Shown here one piece after another: positions 49,677 through 63,274 of a stretch of 64,000 bases of DNA. The translations under genes and the position numbers were made by a program. The notes under the pieces were generated by a model. The model was not told the origin of the DNA and searched no databases. It saw nothing but the letters and a program-made list of their open reading frames with translations. Source of the DNA: Squalus acanthias (Eukaryota); contig CM059431.1 in assembly GCA_030390025.1 (NCBI GenBank), forward strand, positions 94,118,001 to 94,182,000, written 5' to 3'. How positions within the stretch are numbered: position 1 is the first letter of the stretch; every line of letters begins with the position of its first letter.

Positions 49677-52600
49677 GGGCTGGATTTTGCCATTGGTGGC
49701 GGGTTGGGTGCGAGTTAGGTGGTCGGTGGGTCCTGATCCTGCCTCTGCTATCGGGCGGGAAAAATTGTGATTTTGCCCTAATTGGGCAATTGATTCCCAG
49801 CGTGTGCAAACCCCTGGCCCAATTAGTTTTTGGGCCTGAAACTTGCCTCTGTTGACGTCATTTCTCCAGCTGCATTTAAGGGCTAGAGCAGCCTTGGTTA
49901 ATTTTGTGCCTATACGCTTGTGTTTACTTCTGATCATAATAGTTTTTGGAGCTAGTGGAATGTTGACTTCAAGGCCCAAGGCCTCACCTCGGTGGAGGGA
50001 GCCAGAGCACAAAAGGAGGTGCTCTTTCCATCCTCTGGGAGGAAAAAACTTCCTCAGCAGACCAAAGCTGTGTGACTGCAAGTTGCCCAGAAGGTCAGTT
50101 CCAGATCGATATGCAGCAGAACCTGACTGCAGTGCCGAAAGAGGTTCAGTGACCTTTTTCGAACAGGCAAAGTGAGTACAGCATCACTTTTACCCTCATT
50201 CTGCTCCCCATCTCCTCTCAGCACCATCACTCTGCATTGTCAACATACTCCTACACATCCCACTTTACCTTTACATCCCTTGCACCCTTAACCATCCCTC
50301 TCTCTCTATGTACACAATCACTTAACTATTCGACTATGCTGCCCTCACACTTCCTATCACTGTTATGCTATGACAACAACTAACAACACACAGGGAGGGC
50401 CCTTACTTTTGGGACCTCACTCCATCTTTGTGTCCTTCTAAGCATCTATGCTATGGATTATCTACACTCACTCCATCATTCTCATTCAAACTCCACTTGT
50501 GTCTCTCATTGCAGGAAAAGAGAGCCCACAATAAGAGGGAAAGGGCGAAGACCAGAGGAGGGCCACCCTCAATAGCCCGTCTTACCAGCGCAGAGGAGGC
50601 GGCCCTAGAGATCGCTTGCGTCAAGGAGGATGTGGAAGTGGGGGACGGACAGATGGACACATCAGAGCAAGCTGGTGACAGTATAGTTTTGCATCTCTCG
50701 CATTGACATTGCATGAGTGACTGATAGGGCTTCTGATGCTCAATAAGATTCCATGTGCATGCTACGTTTATATCACATGTCTAACTCATGCCTTTACTCC
50801 CCTACAGGGCCATCGACAGCCCCCCTCCCCACTGTCCAGGAGGGAGAGACTGAGCCGGAAGACTCTTCAGAGGAGCCTGCAACCTCTGAGGGCGCAGCGT
50901 CAGCAGAATTATGCGCACCCAGCACCAGCGCAGATACGCACACCTCGGTGGGACCTTCGGGACATAGAGTAGTGTTGTCACCTGGTGTATCACAGCTCAC
51001 AAGTGAGCATCAGCAGATGGTGGAGACAGGGACAGCAGTGGAGAGTCCTCGTTGGAGGCCGCAGGGCACTCCCAGCTCTGCTCAGCTGCATGTCGACCCT
51101 GTGCCTCTGGGTCCATCCAGAAGGAGAGCAGTGCTGGAACTCCAGGAACAGGTGCAGGAGTCTCTGGCAGGTATTGTCTCCAGGGTCACTACGAGTGTGG
51201 AGCAGATGGAGGAGTCCAACGCTAACATGAGCAGAGCCTTTGTGGCGGCAATGGCGAATGAACACATCACCATGGAAAGGATGGCTACCTCCATGGAAAG
51301 GATGGCTACGGCAGAGGAGAGGATGACTACGGCCATGGAGGAGCTAAGTTGCCAGAGTGTGGAAAACATGGTGAATGTTCAGAATAGACTGACATCTCTG
51401 GAGGAGCGATGGACAGCTATTGATCAGAGAAACCAGACCTTCATGGAAGTCCTCTGGAGTAGGACTGCCAGTGCAGAACCGGGTCCTCATGGCCCCCCTG
51501 ATGTGCAGCAAGGTGCTGTCAAGCCACTTGCTAGCTCTGAAATGGGGCTGACCCATGAGAGAGATGTTGGTGGCAGAGAAGAAGGAAGTGGGGGCTCCTC
51601 TCCAAGCGCTTACACGACCATGCCACTGCGAAGCCCTCGGTCAGAGCCCCACCAGAGTCCTCACCCAAATGAGATGGGCGTCTCAGCCCCTGCACAGCCG
51701 CAGGAGGAGCAGACTGTTGCCAAGCCCTCACAGGCTCACAACCCCAGAGGACGCCCGCCAAAGGTGTCGAAGCAGGAGCAGCATGAGAGTAAGCAAGGGG
51801 CCTCCACATCTGTTGAAGCCACAGGAGAAGCACCATGTAGGAGCACGCGTAAGAGGAAGATAAAGCACAATTAGTCACAAGGGTAGTCACTTGGGTGTTA
51901 TGTTGTGTTTAATAGTTAAATGGCATCCTTTAGTCAATGTATTAAAATGAAGTGATGGCAAATTGCTGAAGTTCTGGACTCTGTCATTTGGGAAATGGAA
52001 ATTCCACATTGAGGGCTCAGGGTGCATTGTATTTGTCATGATGGTGGTCAGAGTGATAGGAAGCCACAGGTTCTTGTCCATTGTCTATGGTGTGGTAAGA
52101 AGGAGCCAGGCACATGTGTTTGAATGGGCAACTTAAGCAAATCTGGCCAAGATGAGTGTATCCCTTGCATCCCGGGCAGCAATGTGCTCGCGTGCTGCTG
52201 CAGCTGGTTGATGCGCATCCGCAAGGTCTTCGTTCTTGTTCTCAGCTATGCGCTGAGCCACTTGTTCCTCAGGCAACTGCAAGCCACGATGCTGTGCGAT
52301 GTTGTGCAGTGCACAGCAGACCACGATGATTCTGGAGACCCTGGCTGCTGAGTATTGCAGGGCTCCACCTGATCTGTCAAGGCATCTGAATCACATGTTC
52401 AGCAAGCCGATGGGTTGCTCGATGATGGATGTGGTCAAAATGTGAATGGAGTTGTAGCGCTCCTCAGCTTCGTTGGATGGCCTCCTGAACGGCGTTCTTA
52501 GCCACGTCTTCAGGGGATAGCCCTTGTCTCCAAGTAGCCGTCCGTAAAGTTGGTCTGGCGGACTGAAGAGCGGAGGCACACTAGACTGCCGCAGGATGAA

Positions 52601-55600
52601 CGAGTCATGGCAACTGCCAGGGTACTTGGCGCAAACATGCAAAATGTCCTTCTTGTGGTTACACACCAGCTGCACGTTGAGGGAGTTGAAGCCCTTGCGG
52701 TTGACAAAAACAGTTGGGTTGTGATGGGGTGCCTTAAGGGCTACATGTGTGCAGTCTACAACGCCCTGCACCCTTGGCAAGCCTGCCATATTTGCAAAGC
52801 CAACCGCACGGGCGGGTATACTTGCTTGATCCGTGGAGAAGTGGATGTAATTGTCCGCCTTGGCAAAGAGGGCATCGGTAACCTGCGTGATGCAAGTGTG
52901 TGCGGCCGACTGGGAGATGCCGCTGATGTCTGCTGATGATCCCTGGAAGGAGCCTGAAGCAAAAAAGTTGAGTGCGGTGGTGACTTTGACAGCCACTGGT
53001 AAGGAGTGTCCATCCGCTCCTCTGGGCTCCAGGTGTTGGAGCAGCATTGCGCAGATGTCACCGACTACCTCTTGCAAAAGTCTCAGCCTCCTTTGGCACT
53101 GCTGCTCAGTCATGTTGAGGAAGCTCATCCTCATCCTGTAAACTTTGTTTTGGGGGTACCTCCTGCGGCGACGTGCTTCCCTGCACTGGCACCTTCTGCC
53201 CTGTGCACCATTTAAAAAAAAGTCTTTTATTCGTATATGGGATGTGGGCATCGCTAGCAAGGCCAGCATTTATTGCCCATCCCTAATTGCCCTTGAGAAG
53301 GTGGTGGTGAGCTGCCTTCTTGAACCGCTGCAGTCCATGTGGTGAAGGTACAACCACAGTGCTGTTAGGTCGGGAGTTCCAGGATTTTGACCCAGCGACG
53401 ATGAAGGATTGGCGATATACTTCTAAGTCAGGATGGTGTGTGACTTGGAGGGGAACTTGGAGGTGGTGGTGTTCCCATGTGCCTGCTGTCCTTGTCCTTC
53501 TAGGTGGCAGAGGTCGCGGGTTTGGGAGGTGCTGCCGAAGAAGCCTTGACGAGTTGCTGCACTGCATCTTGTAGATGGTACACACTGCAGCCACGGTACG
53601 CCAGTGGTGGAGGGAGTGAATGTTTAAGGTGGTGGATGGGGTGCCAATCAAACAGGCTGCTTTGTCCTGGATGGCGTCGAGCTTCTTGAGTGTTGTTGGA
53701 GTTGCACTCATCCAGACAAGTGGAGAGTATTCCATCACACTCCTTACTTGTGCCTTGTAGATGGTGGAAAAGTTTTGGGAAGTCAGGAGGTGAGACACTC
53801 GCTGCAGAATACCTAGCCTCTGACCTGCTCTTGTTGCCACAGTATTTATGTGGCTGGTCCTATTAAGTTTCTGGTCAATGGTGACCCCCCAGGATGTTGA
53901 TGGTGGGGGATTCGGTGATGGTAATACCGTTGAATGTCATGGGGAGGTGGTTAGTCTCTCGCTCGTTGGAGATAGTCGTTGGCTGGCACTTGTGTGGCGC
54001 GAATGTTACCTGCCACTTATCAGCCCAAGCCTTATCATCGTCCAGGTCTTGTTGCATGCGGGCATGGACTGCTTCATTATCTGACGGGTTGTGAATGGCG
54101 CTGAACACTGTGCAGTCATCAGCGAACATCCCCATTTCTGACCTTATGTTGGAGGGAAGGTCATTGATGAAGCAGCTGAAGATGGTTGGGCCTAGGACAC
54201 TGCCCTGAGGAACTCCTGCATTGATGTCCTGGGGCTGTGATGATTGACCTTCAACCACCACAACCATCTTCCTTTGTGCTAGGTATGACTCCAGTCAGTG
54301 GAACATTTTCCCCCCGATTCCCAGTGACTTCAGTTTTACTAGGGCTCCTTGATGCCACACTCGGTCAAATGCTGCATTTATGTCAAGGGCAGTCACTCTC
54401 ATCTTAGCTCTGGAATTCAGCACCTTTGTCCATGTTTGGACCAAGGCTGTAATGAGGTCGGGAGCCAAGTGGTCTTGGCGGAACCCAAACTGGGCATCTG
54501 TGAGCAGGTTATTGGTGAGTAAGTTTCACTTGATAGCACTGTCAATGACACCTTCCATCACTTTGCTGATGATTTAAAGTAGTCTGATGGGGCGGGGATT
54601 GGCCGGGTTGGATTTGTCCTGCTTTTTGTGGACAGGACATACCTGGGCAGTTTTCCACATTGTCGCATAGATGCCAGTGTTGTAGCTGTACTGGAACAGC
54701 TTGGCTAGAGGCGCGGCTAGTTCTGGAACACAAGTCTTCAGCACGATAGCCGGGATGTTGTCGGGGCCCATAGCCTTTGCTGTATCCAGTGCGCTCAGCC
54801 ATTTCTTGATATAACATTAGGTAATTCGAATTGGCTGAAGGCTGGCTTCTGTGATGGTGGGGACCTCAGGAGTAGGCCGATATGAATCATCCACTCGGCA
54901 CTTCTGGCTGAAGATGGTTGCAAATGCTTCAGCCTTGTCTTTTGCACTCAGGTGCTGGGCTCCACCATCATTGAGGATGGGGATATTCATGGAGCCTCCT
55001 CCTCCCGTTAGTTGTTTAATGGTCCACCACCATTCACGACTGGATGTGGCAGGACTGCAGAGCTGTGATCTGATCCGTTGATTGTGGGATCGCTTAGCCC
55101 TGTCTATAGCATGCTGCTTCTGCTTTTTAGCATGCATGTAGTCCTGTGTTGCAGCTTCCCCAGGTTGGCACCTAATTTTTAGGTATGTCTGGTGCTGCTC
55201 CTGGCATGCTCTTCTACACTCCTTATTGAACCAGAGTTGGTCCCCTGGCTTGATGGTAATGGTAGTGTGAGGGATATGCCAGGCCATGAGGTTACAGATT
55301 GTGGTGGAATACAATTCTACTGCTGCTGATGGCCCACAGTGCCTCATGGATGCCCAGTTTTGAGCTGTTAGATCTATCCCACTTAACACGGTAGTAGTGC
55401 CACACAACACGATGGACTGTGTCCTCAGTGTGAAGACGGGATTTCATCTACTCAATGACTGTGCGGTGGTCACTGCTACCAATACTCTCATGGACAGATG
55501 CATCTGCGACAGGTAGATTGGTGAGGACAAGGTCAAGTAGGTTTTTCCCACGTGTTGGTTCTCTCACCACCTGTCGCAGGCCCAGACTGGCAGTTATGTC

Positions 55601-56686
55601 CTTCAGGACTCGGCCAGCTCAGTCAGTAGTAGTGCTACCGAGCCACTCTTGGTAATGGACATTGAAGTCCCCCACCCAGAGTACATTCTGTGCCCTTGCT
55701 ACTCTCAGTGCTTCTTCCAAGTGGTGATCAACATGGAGGAGTACAGATTCATCAGCTGAGGGAGGGCAGTAGGTGGTAATCAGCAGGAGGTTTCCTTGCC
55801 CATGCTTGACCTGAAGCCATGAGACTTCATGGGGTTCGAAGTCAATGTTGAGGACTCCCAGGGCCACTCCTTCCTGACTGTATACCACTGTGCCCCCCAT
55901 CCCTGGTGGGTCTGTCCTGCCGGTGGGACAGGACATACCCAGGGATGGTGATGGAGGAGTTTGGGACATTGGCTGAAAGGTATGATTCTGTGAGTATGAC
56001 TATGCCAGGCTGTTGCTTGACTAATCTGTGGGACAGCTCTCCCAATTTTGGCACAAGTCCCCAGATGTTGGTGAGGAGGACTTTGCAGGGTCGACTGGGC
56101 TGGGTGAGCAGCAGTTTGGCCTTCCTGTTGTTGCTGCTGTTGGTGCTGCTGTTGGTTCCCAGGCTGCTGGTAGATATCTCCGCTAAGGAAGCGCTCAGTC
56201 AATGTGGGGAGAGGGTTTACCCAGGAGGTCACAGTGGAGATGGATCTCAGCTTCACCACTTCCAAGATCAGTGGACCTGCAAAAAGTTCTCCAAGACCTG
56301 AAAAAACAAAGTTCTGCCACCTGCAACTGATCCTTATTGAGAGCTCCATTTTTCTGGTGCAGCTGCAGCTGTTAGGAAGCCAGCCACTTGTCAACCCGAC
56401 AGGATTAGCTGGAGTGTTTCACGAGAGACGTGCAGCACGCTGGAAATGTGGCAAAATTTGAAAGGCCTCTCAAAATGGGATTATAGAGGTACTTAAGTGG
56501 TAGTTAAGTGCCTTAAGGGCTTATCCCGCCGCCTGGAGGCACGACCAAAACGGACTCTGCAAACCCGCCTTTGGCAAAGTTGCGCGGAGGCGGGTTGACG
56601 GCGGGATAAGCCGCCGTCTTTTTTTCAAATTTTCCCACTAGTCCCACCTCCAAACCCGCCTCCTCAGGGCAGGTAAAATCCAGCCC
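49677..56686. mobile_element. PIF/Harbinger transposon carrying a nested LINE
   Basis: Perfect 12-bp TIR GGGCTGGATTTT; Myb gene (+, ~49950-51874, last exon open); transposase (-, 52133-53210, N-terminus at ~56100-56200); TSD not preserved. Confidence 0.88.
53211..56100 (-). mobile_element. Non-LTR retrotransposon, CR1/L2-group family distinct from canonical vertebrate CR1 (EN+RT, decayed)
   Basis: NIWGL.PKLGEL, ILTESYL, VGDFNVH, MGPDNIP, RPIRLL, GVPQGSVLGP, MFADD and YKAQVRSVMEY motifs; AATAAA in the tail. Confidence 0.88.
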
Positions 56687-57030
56687 TCTGATTACAAAAG
56701 CAAGGAAGTTCTGATGAAACTTTATAAAACACTGGTTCGGCCTCAACTGAAGTATTGTGTCCAATTCTGGGCACCGCACTTTAGGAAGGGTGCAGAAAAG
56801 ATTTACAAGAGTGGTTCCAGGGATGAGAGACTTCAGTTACGTGGAAAGACTAGAGAAGCTGGAGTTGTTCTCCTTAGAGCAAAGAAGTTTGAGAGGAGTG
56901 TTCAAAATCATGAGGGGTCTAGACAGAGTTGATAGAGAGAAACTGTTCCTATTTGCAGAAGGGTCGAGAACCAGAGGACACAGATTTAAGGTGATTGACA
57001 GAAGAACCAAAGGCGACATGAGAAAAAACT

Positions 57031-58423
57031 TGCAAACGCTTCAGCCTTGTCTTTTGCACATGCGTGCTGGGCTCCACCATCATTAAGGATGGGGATTTTC
57101 ATGGAGCCTCCTCCTCCCATTAGTTGTTTAATTGTCCACCACCATTCACGACTGGCTCTGGCAGGACTGCAGAGCTTTGATCTGATCCGTTGATTGTGGG
57201 ATTGCTTAGCTCTGTCTATAGGATGCTGCTTCTGCTTTTTACCATACATGTAGTCCTGTGTTGCAGCTTCCCCAGGTTGGCACCGCATTTTTAGGTATGC
57301 CTGGTGCTGCTCCTGTCATGCTCTCCTACACTCCTTATTGAACCAGGGTTGGTCCCCTGGCTTGATGGTAATGGTAGAGTGAGGGATATGCCATGCAGTT
57401 ACAGATTGTGGTGGAATACAATTCTGTTGCGATGGAGGGTGTCGTCAGTGTGAAGACGGAACTTGGTCTCCACAAGGACTGTGAGGTGGTCACTGCTACC
57501 AATGCTGTCATGGACAGATGCATCTGCGACAGGTAGATTGCTGAGATGGGGTCAACTATGTTTTTCCCTCATGTTGGTTCTCTTACCACCTGCTGTAGGC
57601 CCAGTCTGGCAGTTATGTCCTTCAGGACTCAGCCAGCAGTGGTGCTACTTGGTGATGGACAATGAAGTCCTCCACCGAGAGTACATTCTGTGCCCTTGCT
57701 ACCCTCAGTGCTTCTTCAACATGGAGGTGTACTGATTCATCAGCTGAGGGAAGGCAGTTTCCTTGTCCATGCTTGACCTGAAGCCATGAGACTTCATGGG
57801 GTCCGGAGTCAATGTTGAGGACTCCCAGGGCCACTCTCTCCCGACTGTGTCGCCACCTCTGTTGGGTCTGTCCTGCCGGTGGGACAGGACATACCCAGGG
57901 ATGGTGATGGAGGAGTCTGGGATATTGGCTGAAAGGTATGATTCTGTCAGGCTGTTGCTTGACTAGTCTGTGGGACAGCTCCCCCAATTTTGGCACAAGT
58001 CCCCAGATGTTAGTGAGGAGGACTTTGCAGGGTTGACTGGGCTTAGTCCATTTTCATGTCCGAAGCTGGTGCCTAGGTAGATGCTGGGTGGTCTGTCCGG
58101 TTTTATTCTTATTATTGCTTTTCATAGCAGTTTTGTTACAAGTGAGTTGCTTGCTAGGCCATTTAAGAGTCAACCACATTGCTGAGAGTCTGGAGTCACA
58201 TACAGGCCAGACCACGTAAGGATGGCAGATTTCCTTCCCTGAAGGACATTAGTGAACCAGACAATCCGGTAGTTTTATGGTCACCATTATTGATACTAGC
58301 TTTTAATCCCAGATTTATTTAATTAATTGAATTTAAATTCCCCAGCTGCCATGGTCTCCAGATCATTAGTCCAGGCCTCTGAGATTACTAGTCCAATAAC
58401 ATAACCACTATGCTACCATTCCC
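57031..58423 (-). mobile_element. Second, 3'-truncated copy of the same LINE with a tRNA-like/SINE-like 5' region
   Basis: 57031-58043 aligns with 54920-56100, with deletions; box-A-like TAGCATAGTGG at 58415-58405 (-). Confidence 0.8.
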
Positions 58424-58777
58424 ATTACTTGACAAATTTAAAAAAAGATTATATTCAAAAGCTTTTAAAACTTGCCCAATAGTTTCTTTGCGCACACAAA
58501 GAACCAGCTTAATTTTTAGAGCCTCCTCGAAGATCTGCAATGAGCGCAATTAGTGGAAACTCCCAATGGTGATTAATTCAATCGGGGGCCTGGGCAGTTT
58601 TGTTGGTGGGGCCTGGTTCTACGTGATGTTTTTTAACCTAGCACAAAAGGTTCCAAAACTCAATTTGCGCAGAACATAATTTACATTTAAAATTCCACAA
58701 TCTTTTGCGCTGGTTTCGCCGATTTTGGGCAAATTGTGCCGAAAAAACCAGAGTAACCAAGCAGAAATTCCAGGCCA

Positions 58778-59350
58778 ATGATATTAAACTTGTATAGAAC
58801 CTTGGTTAGACCACACTTGAAGTAATGTGCACAGTTCTGGTCTCCATATTATAAAAGGAATATAGAGGCACTGGAGAAGGTGTAAAAAAGATTGACATGG
58901 CTGATATCAGAATTGAGAGGTTATACCTATCAGGAAGGAGTGAACAGACTGGGGCTCTTTTCTGTAGAAAAGAGAAAGCTGAGGGGTGACTTAATCGAGG
59001 TCTTTAAGATTATGAAAGGGTTTGATAGGGTAATTGTAGAGAAGATGTTTCCACTTCTGAGGGAGACCAAACTAGGTGCCATAAATGTAAGATAATCGCT
59101 AATAAATGCAATAGGGAATTCAGGTGAATCTTCTTTCCCCAGAGAGTGGTGAGAATGTGGAACTCGCTAACATAAGGAGTAGTTGAGGCGAATAGTGCAG
59201 ATGTATTTAAGGGGAAACTAGATAAGCACATGAGGGAGAAAGCAACAGAAGGATGTGTTGATTGGGTCGGAGGCATCTCGTGTGAAGCATAAACAGCGGC
59301 ACGGCCCAGTTGGGCTGAGTGGCCTGTTGCTATGTTGTACATTCTATGCA
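58778..59350 (+). mobile_element. CR1 3' fragment
   Basis: LYRTLVRPHL and RKLRGDLIEVFKIMKG motifs; ATTCTATG tail. Confidence 0.85.
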
Positions 59351-60837
59351 GTACCGGATGTTCCCTGACTTTTCCCTCCTACTTATAAAATGTTTGTATA
59401 ATTGACAGCTGCAGTTTGAAACTAAGATGGCCAAACTGTAAAAAGAAAATGTAATTTGCTCTGATCTCATTTATCATTTATGACGAACTGGCATGCAATA
59501 AGAATTGCTGCAGGTACTTCCATCTCACACCCCAGAAATTCTAGTGTTGAGTCTGGTATCATTTCCTTCTCTGCTCTTTTGAGGCTGAAAGTAAGGCATT
59601 AGGAAAAGGTAGAGAGGGTTTTATAGTTGTGTTAAAACCAGAAACAGCCTTGTTCCCCTATCTGCTGGTGGGATGAATAGCTCAGTCTGTTCATGGTGAC
59701 CAATTATTATAAGTTCAGACAAGGTCAGGGCAATATGGTAATGGCCTGCTCCTCTGCTGCTCCATGCATACCACTCCAGGAGGACATCTTGTCATGATGA
59801 CCACAAATCTGCGCAAGCATTGAACAAGATTATCAGCTAGATATCGATGAGGAAGCCTATTACAGTTCATCTATGTTTATCCCTCCAAAAAGAACCTAGT
59901 TTCCACATCACAGTATCTAATTGTTTCTTAAATGATTGCAAGGCATTTGCTCCTATATGGAAGTCCATTCCATGTGTTGATCACTCTTTGTGTAAAGAAG
60001 AAATTATTGTTAACAGTCCAAAATTGGCCTTGTACTAGTTTGGACCATGTGACCTCTTATCCTGGTGCCACAGTTTACCTTGAAAAAATGATCCAGTTAA
60101 CACCATCCTCAACCACAAAATCAAATCCACTATCTTGAGCTTGAGCCCTGCACAAGTGACAGTGGGCACTGCTCTGACAACGCTGAGGGACTTCAGCACA
60201 TTGTTTGGTCGAGTTGTAAACTGAAATACGATGTTATGTTCTGCATGGTCCTGTTATCATTTGTTACAGTACCTTCATATTACGATGGGCTCCTTCCTGA
60301 AATAAGTCTAGTTTTGTAATTATGTTTTTTGCTTTGTGAAGGTGATTGTGTAGTTATGTTTTTGGTCTCCTTTTCTTATTGTACATTGACACTGCCTGTT
60401 GATTGGATGGTTGTCAGTTGCTATGAGCATTACCAGTTAAAAGTCAAGTGAAGCTACTTACCTCTAGCATGCATTAATAAAATCATCCCCTAGCTGTCTA
60501 CAATGGTTATTCCTGCAATATTTTATTAACCCCAGAGAAGTATTGAGAGAGTCTGCACTCTTGTCATGTGTCAAAATAATATTGTTGCTTTGATCACAAT
60601 TGATAAAGTTGTCTCATTTTAATTGCAAATAATTCTGAGAGTTTCTAACATGTACTCAACTGCAATTTACCACATGACAATAGATTTGAACTATTTAAAA
60701 AACTTTGCAGCATATACCCTGTCTGCTGTCTCCCGCCACGCTTACTGCACTAGTCAATTTTGAGGAGGGCATCCTTCTAACCTATACAGGACAGCCTTTC
60801 TTTCCCATATGCCCCGGATCAGCAGTTCCCACACCGT

Positions 60838-63270
60838 GGCCCAGAAATTGGAGTTGTTAGCACCGGCCATTAAGGTCTGTTTTGGCAAAAAAAATGGCGG
60901 CTGCCTCACTTCTGCCCACTTCCTGCGGATCCTGTGGCTGCTGCCATTTTTGGCTGGTAGGCAGCGCTGCCGATGTTTGCGCTTGCTGGAGATAGGTAGA
61001 TTATGTAGATCATGATGTTAGTGAGTGTGCAATGTTAACCTGACACCTGATCTGCCATTTTCGTGTTCACCGCTCCACTTACCGGCCTGTGTTAATGACA
61101 ACCAGCTGACCAAGTGTTCACAAGCAGGAAGGAGCCTCCAGTAATGATATTTAAAGGGATCATCAGCAACAACTTGCAGTAGACATGCTTTTTCAGTTTG
61201 ACTGGCTCTGTGTAACTTTTTGCAATCCTTGCAGCTTTCAAAACATGTTTCAAGTTCCTAAGGTGACAGGGAGTGTTGGTGAAAGTGGAGAACGCCTTCA
61301 TTCTTATTTAAAGGTTCCTGCTCACAGTCATGGAGCTCTACTTGCAGTCCCCCTCATGCTTGAGTATCTTAGGGAGAGGGAGCGGAGACAGTGAAGGAGA
61401 GAATAAGATGCGCGCAGAGGGAGGAGGGCAGGGATGCTCTCAACAGGAGGTCTTACACAACTAGGGTCTTCTGAGAACACTTCTCCTACCTCCACTTAAG
61501 CGAGGAGCAGTGTATGAGAAGGCTCCGCTTCAGCAAGGAGGTGATCACAGAACTCTGCCACCTCCTGCAACCAGACCTGCAGGCTCAGAGCAGAGTGACG
61601 ACGCTCTCACAGTGGCCCTTAAGGTCACCGTGGCCCTCAATTTCTTCGCCAGCGGATCCTTCCAGTCTGCAGCAGGAGACTTAGCTAACATCTCGCAGTG
61701 CGCTGTCCATCCCTGCATCTGGGAGGTCACAGAGACTCTCTACACCAAGAAAAGGGACTACGTCGTCTTTTCTCTGAACAGAGAGAAGCAGGACGAGCGT
61801 GCATATGGCTTTGTCAGGATCGCGGGCATCTCCATGGTGCAGGGCGCCATCGACTGCACACACATGGCTTTGCGGGCACCATATACCAATCCTGAGATCT
61901 TCTGTAACCGCAAAGGCTACCACTCACTTAATGTGCAGTTGTTGTGCGATCAAGCCCTGATGGTGAATGCCTACTATCCTGGCAGCAGTCATAATGCCTT
62001 CATCCTGCGTCAGTCCAGTGTGCCAGCAATCTTCCAGCCGCACATCAAACCCGAGGATGGCTGCTTGGAGACAAGGGCTATCTGGTCTGCACATGGCTCA
62101 TGACTCCACTCCGCAATCCCACCACTCCTGCCCAGTACACATATAATGAGAGCCAATCTGCCACCAAGGACATCATCGAGAAGACTGCTGAAGCAACGGT
62201 TCTGCTGCCTTGAACGTTCGGGAGGAGCCCTCCAATACTAGCCGGAGCGGGTGTCCCATTTCAGGATTGTCTGCTGCATGCTTCACAACTTGGCCATCAC
62301 GAGGGTGCAGCCTTTGCTAGCAGGGATTTCGGGACCACCTTGGGAAGAGGATGAGGAGAGGAGGAGGTGGAAGAGGAAGAGAAGCAAGAGGAAGAGGAAG
62401 CGGAAGAGGAGGAGGACGAGGAGGAAGGGAGCAAATCCCCCTTATACATGGGCTGTCCATGAACACTTCATCAGACTCCGATTCGAGTGAAGGAAACCCC
62501 AGATCCCTATTTCTGACCACATCCCCATCATACCATCCCTCTGTCACCGAACATCACAGCATCTTCCTGGGCACAATGCTCAAATGAGAGCCACCACAAA
62601 ACAAACATTACAAACAAAATTAATACATTTATAAGTATTAAATTTACATTACAACATGAACTAATCACCCTTATGCAATCTCTTAGTGCCTGTGTGCCCT
62701 TTCCTCCTCTAGTGCTCCTATGCAGTGCTCCCCCAGTGGCTGCAGCATGATTGGTGTAAGGTTGCTGAGTTTCCGTGGGGGAGACTACAGATGGCATTGC
62801 AGGACAACCTTGACCAGCTGTGGACCTAGAAGGTCCGGCTGTAGACTGCAACTCCTCGGTATGGGTGACAGCAGTCTGGGCTGGCTGGTTCACGGACAGC
62901 GGCATGGGCAATGGCAGAGTGGCAGTGGTGGGAGAAGGAATGGTGTCATCCTGAGAGAAGACAGCAGGTCCCTGCCCCGCAGACCCACTGCCACTCCCCC
63001 GGGATGGCACTTCAGCATTCCTAATAATCTGTTGGAGGACAGATTGCTGGCCTGCTGCGACACCCTGCAAGCCCATTTAGATACTGCAAAACCCAGCCAC
63101 GATTGGAGTAATCTGACCATCAAGCATAGACAGCATTACAGCACTAGGATGTTGCGTTGCTTCCGCCTGTGCTGCAATGGAAGCCTCGACATCGCCCATC
63201 ACACGCAGCATCATGGTGGGTCCACAAGGTCTCTCCTGGAGTTATCCATCATTTCCAGGCTGGAAATCAT
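60838..63270. mobile_element. Decayed Harbinger, interrupted or truncated by a CR1
   Basis: GGCCCAGAAATT end; transposase pseudogene at 61330-62490 (+, GAIDCTH, NRKGYHSLNVQ); Myb C-terminal exon at ~62680-63270 (-). Confidence 0.85.
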
Positions 63271-63274
63271 AGGA

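Larger units (their letters stand above)
49380..57030 (+). mobile_element. CR1 fragments (49380-49676 plus 56690-57030) split by a Harbinger
   Basis: RDLGVYVHKSLKVAGQV...NR before and MKLYKTLVRPQL after the insertion. Confidence 0.85.

Noticed and set aside
58430..58776. Possible additional TIR element ending AAATTCCAGGCC
   Set aside because: Only one end was found, with no partner TIR or TSD.
60269..60305. Possible 24-nt micro-exon on the minus strand (TTTCAG|...AAG|GTACTG)
   Set aside because: The polypyrimidine tract is weak and no other exons of a host gene are supportable.
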